Shown here in pieces: positions 48,360-57,300 of a stretch of DNA of 64,000 bases; position 1 is the first letter of the stretch; each line of letters opens with the position of its first letter. The stretch covers positions 1-64,000 of IMG/VR virus record IMGVR_UViG_3300027816_000087. One strand, given 5' to 3'. This DNA comes from a virus. Position numbers and translations under genes: made by a program. Under the pieces are notes generated by a model that was given only the letters and a program-made list of their open reading frames with translations, did not search any database and had not been told where the DNA came from.

Positions 48360-51300
48360 TTATTTTAAATTAATTCCATTTTGATTAAAAAACAAATCTC
48401 TACTAATTATTGAAGGCGACCCTCCTCCAGTATTTTGAGTATTTTTTCTATTTTTTAAATACTCTTCATACTTTTGTTGTAGATCAAAATTAGCTTTTAA
48501 ATTATCATAGTAAATCTTTTGTATTTCAAAAACAATTTCATCAGGAGTTTTTTCTTGAAGACTAAATATTCTATCAGTAATTTGTCTTTCTTCAAGTCTT
48601 GTTCTCATTTCATTTGTTTTAGGATCTATTTCGTTTATACGAACATTATATTTTAAATTAAGCCTCACTGTACTAGGCATAGATTGAGGTGTAGATCCAT
48701 CTCTATCAGGAGTTAATGTAAAATTAAAACCTGTTGCATTCATCATATCATCAGATTTAAATTGCTTTCCTCTTAATAATGTTTGATAAATATAATATCC
48801 AGAATTCTTAGGCATATCACGTAAGTTCGGACCTAAACTAGGACTTCCTTCATTAATTGCAAATACAAATTTTTTGCCAGCCAAATCTGTTAATTTTTCA
48901 GTTCCTAAAACAATTTTTGAACCATCAGTAATAGCTCCAAAATCTACAGATATATTTGCTCTTCCTGCTATTAATCCACCACCTGCTGTATTGTATTTAA
49001 AACCTCCAAAATACTGTTCTGTTTGTTTTTCATTTTGTTGCAGTTTTCTTATTGCAGCCATTTCAGGAATAGTAGCTTCTCTTATTGTTCCATTACTTTC
49101 TTCTATATAAACTTCGGCATTTGCAGGTTCTAACACTTCTTGAAAAAGAGCAAATGCTTTATCACCATCTCTTGTACTTTTTTCTGGATCAAATAAATAA
49201 CTAAAGTTAGTCCCCACTTTACCTGTTTGACTTGAAAAAAATTGTAAACTGGGAACTACTGAATTATATACTTTGTTATAGTTTTTTCTAAAATCCCAAG
49301 GTTCTCCAAATTTATCAGTAAAGTTATCTATTGTCTGTTTAAGTTTTAAAAGATCTTTTTCCTGTGCATAAAGAGTTTCTCCATTCATTTCAATTTGAAT
49401 AGACTTTAAAGCTGTTGGATCTGTAGATACAGGTGTTTTATAACCACCAATAATTTTATAACTAAATTTATTATTAAAAATAGCTTGAGCTATTGCTTCA
49501 GGTTTAAGTTTAATATTAAACATATTTGGTACCTGAATTGGTAAATTTGCACCTATAATTGGAACACCAGCATAAGTAGTAAACGTAAAATCTTTAAATG
49601 CTTTAACTTCAGATATTTGTGCAAGTTTTTCAGAAGTTAGTAACTCATATGTACCATCATTTTTTTTAGTAAAATATTTATTTGCTTCTGCTGGATTTGT
49701 TTTTGCATATTTATCTAATATTTGTTTTCTATTTTCTTCATTAGCCAAATAAACTTCTAGGTTTGTTTTAGCAACGTTATAATTAATTAATGCTTTTTGT
49801 TCTTGAGCTGTTAACATAAAATCTAATGGTTGAGGTTTTCCATCTGCACCAATATGATTTTTAGCCTCATCCATTCTATCTTTTAAATAACCCTGCGTAT
49901 ATGCAATTAAAGCATTACGCATTGTTCCTGGTCCTGTAAGTTTTGTTATACCAGCTTCTTTAACATATTTATTTTCAATAAGTAACTTTTCTAATTTTTT
50001 TGAAGCAGCAGCTTGCTCAGGTGTAAATTTATAATCAGGAGCTCCTGGATTAAACAGACCACCTCTTAATTCATTATCAAAAGCTGATGAAATACTTGCT
50101 ACTTCAGCATCAGTTAATCCTAAACCATTCTTTGCAAAATATAATAAACCATCAGGACTAAATGCAAGATTATATGAACTATAAAAAAGTTCTTTTTGAC
50201 GTCTATCAAATATTTCAGCAGCAGTTCCTTGTTCAATAACATTAGTTGTACCTAGTCCAAGATATCTACCACCAGTTACTGTTTCAATTCCTTTTATAGG
50301 TTCAGTTAAAACATTTCCTTTTTTGTCTACTAACTGACCTAATGCATTTGTAGTTACACCTGAAGATCCACCAGATCCACCAGATCCATCAGTTTTTTTA
50401 TTAGGATTAGCTCTTTCCCACAAATCCTGGTCACGTTTCCACTCTGCTTCTTGTTTATTTAACTCATAATTTAAAACATCTAAATCAAATTTTCTTTGAT
50501 TAAGTTGGGCTTCTTGTGCTTTAAAATATGTTTCATTAGGCTTAATCTTTCTAGATTCTAATGAAGACACACCTGTAGACCAATTATCTACAAGACGTTG
50601 TTTAGCAAGTTTACCAAAGAAACCTTCAGGATTTAAAATAATATTGTTTTTAAGTTGGGCTTGATAATTTTTAGGAAAATTAATTTCGTATTCTTTATCT
50701 ATAGCATTTGATTTTCCTAATAACTCAGCTTTTTGTTTTTGATATTGTAACGCAGCTTGTTGATATTCAGGAGTGAGATTTTTTGGAAGAGCGTTTAATA
50801 ACCCATTAATTCTAGCAATTTCTACAGCTACATTATTTTTTCTTTTTTGATATCCTTTATCAAACTCACCTACTACATCATCAGCCATTTTTTCGTAAAT
50901 CTGAGCATCTGTTAGATTAGGAAATTGATTTTTGTATTGTTTGTATCTTTCTTCTTTTTCCACTCTACCTGTTACACTAAATTGCTCATAGAAATTATTA
51001 CCTATCATTGACTCAGCCCATGTAGCAAAATGTTTTTTAGATCTCTCTCCATTTTCTGTACTAATTAAATATGCACCATCAGCACTTGTCTCATCCCAAA
51101 CTATTTTTAAACCATCTTTACCAGCAACTTCATTTAAATATTTTTCAATATTAGTAAAAGGAATAGCTTTACGCTTTTGTACTTTTGAAAAATCATCATC
51201 TGTTCTATTAGCATTAATCAAAACATCTAAACCGTTCTGAAGATCTTTAGCTACAACACCACTATATTGTTCTCTTATCTTAGGGTCATCACTATTTTTC

Positions 51301-51674
51301 CAACTTTCAAGAGTTTGAAATTCATTTTGATAAGCTTTGGTAAGTTGTGCATCTTTTACAATAAAATTATCTTCCCAAAAAGGAGCAAATATTCCACGAG
51401 CAGCAGCTACATTTTGAGGTTGAGCAAAATCAAACCCAGCCATTTTTTGAAGATTTGCTCTAGCTTGTTTAATATACTCATCTCTTATTTGTATATTGTA
51501 CTTATTAGAAAGAGGAGCATTAAGTACTGATTCCCAAGCACTTCTAGCTTTAGAAATACCTTCCTCATACAATGCAGTTTTCCTTTGAAGCATTTTATCA
51601 TAAAATGCTAAATCAGGTTTGTATATATAAGGTTCAGGAAAAACGTCTGTAATATTGGGAATATAAGTTGCCAT
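48360..51674 (-). CDS. large virion/ejected protein
   Basis: 1104 aa, helical/coiled-coil; directly upstream of the RNAP gene; function from context only. Confidence 0.7.
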   Translation of the reverse strand: MATYIPNITDVFPEPYIYKPDLAFYDKMLQRKTALYEEGISKARSAWESVLNAPLSNKYNIQIRDEYIKQARANLQKMAGFDFAQPQNVAAARGIFAPFWEDNFIVKDAQLTKAYQNEFQTLESWKNSDDPKIREQYSGVVAKDLQNGLDVLINANRTDDDFSKVQKRKAIPFTNIEKYLNEVAGKDGLKIVWDETSADGAYLISTENGERSKKHFATWAESMIGNNFYEQFSVTGRVEKEERYKQYKNQFPNLTDAQIYEKMADDVVGEFDKGYQKRKNNVAVEIARINGLLNALPKNLTPEYQQAALQYQKQKAELLGKSNAIDKEYEINFPKNYQAQLKNNIILNPEGFFGKLAKQRLVDNWSTGVSSLESRKIKPNETYFKAQEAQLNQRKFDLDVLNYELNKQEAEWKRDQDLWERANPNKKTDGSGGSGGSSGVTTNALGQLVDKKGNVLTEPIKGIETVTGGRYLGLGTTNVIEQGTAAEIFDRRQKELFYSSYNLAFSPDGLLYFAKNGLGLTDAEVASISSAFDNELRGGLFNPGAPDYKFTPEQAAASKKLEKLLIENKYVKEAGITKLTGPGTMRNALIAYTQGYLKDRMDEAKNHIGADGKPQPLDFMLTAQEQKALINYNVAKTNLEVYLANEENRKQILDKYAKTNPAEANKYFTKKNDGTYELLTSEKLAQISEVKAFKDFTFTTYAGVPIIGANLPIQVPNMFNIKLKPEAIAQAIFNNKFSYKIIGGYKTPVSTDPTALKSIQIEMNGETLYAQEKDLLKLKQTIDNFTDKFGEPWDFRKNYNKVYNSVVPSLQFFSSQTGKVGTNFSYLFDPEKSTRDGDKAFALFQEVLEPANAEVYIEESNGTIREATIPEMAAIRKLQQNEKQTEQYFGGFKYNTAGGGLIAGRANISVDFGAITDGSKIVLGTEKLTDLAGKKFVFAINEGSPSLGPNLRDMPKNSGYYIYQTLLRGKQFKSDDMMNATGFNFTLTPDRDGSTPQSMPSTVRLNLKYNVRINEIDPKTNEMRTRLEERQITDRIFSLQEKTPDEIVFEIQKIYYDNLKANFDLQQKYEEYLKNRKNTQNTGGGSPSIISRDLFFNQNGINLK

Positions 51675-51678
51675 ACTG

Positions 51679-51695
51679 TTACATTATAAATATAC
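51679..51695 (-). promoter_or_regulatory. putative late promoter motif GTATATTTATAATGTAA
   Basis: Just upstream of the ATG at 51674; near-copy of 15293-15308. Confidence 0.4.
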
Positions 51696-51733
51696 TATAA
51701 AATTTTCTAAGTTTAAAACTAAACTTCTAAGGT

Positions 51734-54289
51734 TTATGACATAAATGGATATGCGCTAGCTCCAAAGTTAAATGCTACATCATCATCTGAAGAAGATCCA
51801 CGTCTTGAAGATGGTCCATATTTTATTTTAAGATATTGATTAAGAGCATCTTTATCCATTGTGCCTTTGTATTTATCGTAGTCTTTTAAAAATTCAGAAG
51901 ACATGTTTGAACCAGAGGCTGTTGAACCCATAATAGCATCAGCTGCATTAACACCTGGTTTAAGTCTAAGTCTACCAAAAGGATCTGATGTATAATATTT
52001 AGATGTATCATAAAGTTGTCCTTTTTTAATACCTGCTTCAATACCTTCACCAAGCGTTTCTGCAAAATCAGTACCATATTTACGCATAGCATTTTGATAT
52101 TGTTGTGCAGCAACAGTTTCACCCGTATATCTTTTATTTCTTGTTTCACGTTTTTGAGCAGCAAGAGAATTATATACTTGAGCTTGCAATGGAGAATACT
52201 GATTAGCCACACCAACATTAAGATTTTGATATCTTCCTATAGTGTCAGCTGATGTTTTAGCAGCATTTGCTTGTATATAGTTAGCCATAGCTCCAGCAGC
52301 TTGAGGATTGATCATACCAGCCATTTGTTCTAATCCTCTAGCAGTTTCTTGTGCTGAAGCAAGTTCTCTTTCAGGATCATAAAATGTAGGTCTAGGTATA
52401 ACTCCTTGAGGCTCATCGTAAAAAGGACGAAGATAGAGAGGAGGATAAGCAGCAGCTGCCATTATTCCTAATGTGTTTTGAAAAGGAATTCCATAATAAC
52501 CACCACCAAAATTACCACCAGTTACATCACCTGCTTTAGGTCCTTCTTCACCTTCTTCATATGTTATATATTCTTGAATTTCTTTTTTTCTTTCACACTT
52601 TCCTGTTTTTTCATTATACTCTAATGTAGGATCAGGATTACCTTTTTCATCAAGACACGTACCTTTTGTTTCAGGAACTACTTCATCTGGTGTTGCTTGT
52701 TGTATAGGTTTATAATATGATTTATATTTTTGTAAACCACTAACAGTACCATGACCCTTTTTAGCAAGTTCTTCTATTGTAACACCTTTTGCTAATTGTG
52801 CTTTAATCCAATCTTCCCAAGCTTTACCAGGTTTACCACCAGAAACAGCTCCTCTAACTTCAACTGATTTACCAGGTGATCCTTTTTTAGTATATCCTGG
52901 TGTACCTGGTTTGTATGTACCAGCTACCTCAATAACTGTATTTCCTTTTCTTGCTTTATTAGTTCCTTGTATACGTTGATATTCTCCACTAGCAACTTTA
53001 GCTTCAAAATCTTTTTTTGACACTTTATTTGGAGATTGTAATCCACCTTGAGCTTTTGGTAGCATGTAGTTATCATAGTCATATATCTCACCACCAAACT
53101 GATCATTATAAGAACTATCTCCATATGTAGGAACAAATGATCCTCCATTAGCAAAATATGTTCCTTGATAATATGTACCACTATAAGAACCTCCTCTTCT
53201 CATTTGTTGAGTTTCTTCTTCTTCTGTAGGTTGTTCTTCTTGAGCTTGTTGCATAGCATAATCTGGTTCTCCACCTGGAGCACTATAGTATCCCGATGTA
53301 TCTTGTTGCTGCATCATTTGCTGATCTCCACCACCACCACCTTGTTGTTGAGAAATAACGTCTTCAACAGTTTGCATAATGTTTTGCAATGCTTCTTGTT
53401 GTTGTGCACGACCAAGCGATTGAAGTGCTTGATATATTTCTTCCTCAGACTTTTTTGTTAGTTGAGCATAAACAGAAATGTATTGAGCTATCTTCTTATC
53501 TTGACTACGAGATGATCCACCAGCTTGATATCTATACATATCACCTATACTACTATAGTCAGGAACAAATCCTCCATAGTTCATAGTGTTATATCCATAC
53601 ATAGCCATAGGTTGTTGACCCATCATAGGTGGTTGTTGCATCATTTGATCTTGAGGTTGCTGCTCCATTTGTTGTTGTTGAGATTGTTGCATATATTGTT
53701 GCATTTTAGCAAATTTTTCTTTAGCAATTTCTGGAATCCCCTGTGGAAAACCTTTTTTAGATTCTTGTAATATAGCTAGACTAGCAAGCTTATCATCATA
53801 TTTTTGTATCATTGCTGCTGCTGTTGCTTTTTGTAAAGGATCTGCTTTATCATTTTGAAGAATATCATAATATTTATTTGGTCTATATTGACCAGCTAAT
53901 TCTGCAAAAGAATAAGTTTTTTTATCTTTTTCTGATTTACCAAATTGAGATAGAACACTACCTTTCACTCCCATTTTTCCTTTTCTTTTAGAATAAACAA
54001 ATGAGTTATCAGGTAGATTCATAGGAACACCACCTTCTTTATTAGGATCGGGATTATGATTAGGACCCACTGCTTTTTGTAATGGACCAGTTGTATATTT
54101 AATTTCTTCACCTCCTTCAACTTCTACATTTGAATCCTCTCTAGGATCAGCACTACGAGTGTTTTTTCTTTCAACATCATTGTAATCAGGATCATAATCA
54201 TCAATCGTTGTTCTCACTATATCAAGTGAGTGTTTCTTTTGTCCACCATAAACCATCTTTTGAGGAGCTCTTGTAATTCTAACTTTCAT
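51734..54289 (-). CDS. virion cargo-like protein with EVEGGE domain, Q/M-rich tracts and xxxGG motifs
   Basis: 851 aa; NVEVEGGE...GGVPMNLP..SFVYS; motifs MVYGG, MNYGG, YQAGG, MRRGG, FANGG, QFGG, KAQGG. Confidence 0.72.
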   Translation of the reverse strand: MKVRITRAPQKMVYGGQKKHSLDIVRTTIDDYDPDYNDVERKNTRSADPREDSNVEVEGGEEIKYTTGPLQKAVGPNHNPDPNKEGGVPMNLPDNSFVYSKRKGKMGVKGSVLSQFGKSEKDKKTYSFAELAGQYRPNKYYDILQNDKADPLQKATAAAMIQKYDDKLASLAILQESKKGFPQGIPEIAKEKFAKMQQYMQQSQQQQMEQQPQDQMMQQPPMMGQQPMAMYGYNTMNYGGFVPDYSSIGDMYRYQAGGSSRSQDKKIAQYISVYAQLTKKSEEEIYQALQSLGRAQQQEALQNIMQTVEDVISQQQGGGGGDQQMMQQQDTSGYYSAPGGEPDYAMQQAQEEQPTEEEETQQMRRGGSYSGTYYQGTYFANGGSFVPTYGDSSYNDQFGGEIYDYDNYMLPKAQGGLQSPNKVSKKDFEAKVASGEYQRIQGTNKARKGNTVIEVAGTYKPGTPGYTKKGSPGKSVEVRGAVSGGKPGKAWEDWIKAQLAKGVTIEELAKKGHGTVSGLQKYKSYYKPIQQATPDEVVPETKGTCLDEKGNPDPTLEYNEKTGKCERKKEIQEYITYEEGEEGPKAGDVTGGNFGGGYYGIPFQNTLGIMAAAAYPPLYLRPFYDEPQGVIPRPTFYDPERELASAQETARGLEQMAGMINPQAAGAMANYIQANAAKTSADTIGRYQNLNVGVANQYSPLQAQVYNSLAAQKRETRNKRYTGETVAAQQYQNAMRKYGTDFAETLGEGIEAGIKKGQLYDTSKYYTSDPFGRLRLKPGVNAADAIMGSTASGSNMSSEFLKDYDKYKGTMDKDALNQYLKIKYGPSSRRGSSSDDDVAFNFGASAYPFMS

Positions 54290-54309
54290 ATTGTTTGTTT
54301 TAATATATT

Positions 54310-57300
54310 TTAAATATACTCTATGTCACCACCGTTTTCAAGAATTTGTCTTATTTGATCTTCTGTTAAATCATATTCTTCACCTTCATTATAACTCACT
54401 TCTCCTCCTAATTCAAAATATTTTTTAAGATCTTTCATTTTTTTATATAAGATATTATCTTCATATTTTACAAATAAAGAAGCAAGTTTATTAAATTGAT
54501 CTTGAGTTAAATCTCTAATCTTTAAATTAGCACCAACTCCTAATTCTTTTAAAATAAATTTAGAAGAATCAGTAATTTTATTAGGATCACCAGTAACCCA
54601 TTTATTCCTAGCCTGTTCTATAGTAAAATCACTATAATCTGGTCCCGACAAAAGTTTTTTGTGTGCATCCCATCCTTCATCTAAAGATTTAAATTTAGCT
54701 ACATGTCCTTTGTTATCATACGCTCCTTTTTCAGCTCCCCATTGACTTGTAAACTTACCAAAGTGAATGTTACCAGGATTGTTATGTGTTAAAGCTATAC
54801 TTTCTCCAGTTTTTTTATCATTCTTTTTTCCTTCATAGGGAAAGAAACTTATATGAACATGAGTGGTATGTGGATTATTGCCATTAGCTTTAGTGGGTAT
54901 ATATTTATGCCAACCTTCTTGTGGATTCCATACTCTTCTATTAAATATAACATATTTTACTCTTTTTTCTTTTGCTTGACTAATAATCTGTTCAGCAATC
55001 TTATTACCTTGATCAATGTTAACTATACCAATATCAAGAGCATTACCTGTATTATGATCACTTTCTCTTTGTCTATGTTTTTTATCACCCCATATACCAG
55101 ACATTCTTACACCTGCATATTGTTTAAGAATTTCATCCCATGTTTGTTCTATCACAGGATTTACACCAGCAAAATTATATTTTTTTGGTTTAGACGAAGA
55201 TGATGATGGTGGAGTTGTTGTTGTATTTGTAGTTTGTGGTTGAACAGAAGAAGCAGGTGTTTCAACAACAACTTCAGGAGTAACTATAGGAGAAAATTCA
55301 GTTTCTGGAACTACTAGTTGCTCACCAATAATACCTCCACCAAATTGAGCAAACTGTTGTGTACCTACTATTGCACCTGGCATATTAGATGTGTACATTC
55401 CTTTATTTACTGTATACTCATTAGGTCTAAATGCTCCAGTTTGTGTATAGTCTCCTCTAGATCCTGATACAGAAGGCATTACAGGTTGTGTAAATATTTT
55501 ATTTCTTAAATTCTTTTCATAACTTTTTTGAAAATCTCTATGTTGTTTTTCAGCAGCAAGTCTATTACCAAGAGCAAATCCTGTATTTAAACCTTTAGCT
55601 ACTTGAGTAAAAGCAGCTGCGCCTTTTTTATCCATCCATTCTCCAAACTTACCAAAAAGATATCTAGGAGCTTTTGTAGTGGTACTAGTTATTACATTAC
55701 CATACATATCTGTTTCCTTAGAAGGATCGTATGTAGGATCACCCTCCCATTTCATATCCATAATACTTTTTCCACTTGGAGGATCAATAACAGAGTTTGC
55801 TAAATTTTGATTATACCACTGAACCCATGTAGTTGTAGTTGAAGTTGTAGAAAATGGATCACCAAATGTCTCATCATCCATAGATGGTGGTTTAAACATA
55901 GCAAAAATATTAGGATCTTGAATACACTTTGTAGGATCATTTGGATCAGGCATATAACCAGGATCACAATTAGGTGGTGTTCCTCCTCCTTGCATTTTAG
56001 AAAGAACAGATCCTCCATGTCTTTTTTGTTTTAAATAAAAAGCAGCTCCACCTGTATGATTAAAATTATCATATCTATTTTGATCTTTATTTGTTATAAC
56101 GCCATCTTTTGTAAACAAACCTCTAGCAAATGTACCATTATCAAGTGGAATTAATTTAATTACTGATAGACCTGTTGCTTTTTTAAACTGTTCAACATAG
56201 TCATCAATATTTTTTAAAGAACCTGCAACTAGTACTTTTTTCTTTAAATCAGGTGTAGCTAAAATATACCTACCACCTCCAACAGCTCCAAATGATTCAT
56301 GACCTTTATCAATTTGTTTTTTAGGAATTAAAATATTTAAATTAACTGTTGGATTACCGTTTTCATCAAAAGCCATTGCTGTTCTTGCTACCTCATAATT
56401 AGATGTAGCATCACTATACATGTATTTTCCATTCTTTTCTTTTGCAATTCCAGTAATTTCCGCAGATCTAAAATCAGCCATTTCTAAATTCTTTCCTTTC
56501 AAATTTTTACCATAATCTAAATAGAATTTACCTTCAGCATCAATTCCCCCGTATATTTTATCATCTGCTATTTCATTATCGCTGTATCTTCTAATTGTAT
56601 TTGTACCATTATTATCAGTATACCCCTCACCCATTCCATATTCTTTTGCAAATGGTGTTATAACAAAACCTTCCGTTTTAATATCACCTAATCTACTACC
56701 TCTATTTCTTGCTCCTAATCTTAAACTAGAACTGCTTAGATCAAGCCATAATGGTTTTGTAATATATCTTTTATTCTTTTTATCATACGCTTCATTTTTA
56801 TCATACATTTCTATTGCACTACCTTCTGCATATGGTGTACTTTCAAGTACTAATGGTGATTGACTAACAACTGGTTTTTCTACTTTTGGAATTGAAATTG
56901 TTGACTTTGATTTATTAAGATCATCACCTTCTTTAAGTGCATTTTTTCTTGCAAAATAATTTTGACCGAGTTGAAATATATCATTAACACCGCTGCTTAT
57001 TCTTTCTATGTTTTTAGTAGGATCTAAAAATTCACCCAAAAAAAGTCCAGCAGCTTTAGTACCAAGATTTAAATAATCAAAAAAACCTAAGTTGTTTTTT
57101 TGATTTTGTTTATTAGGTAAACCTTCTTCAGGTAATACATCAAACTCAGTATATTCTTCTTTTCTTTGTGAAATAGGTTGTTGACCAGGTCTAAATGGAA
57201 TTTGAAGCAAACTTCTAGAATAATCTAAATATTTATTAAACTGATCCATTGCTCCTTTTTTAGCTTTAATTTCTTGAATTTGTTTTTTAGTTACAGGTGA

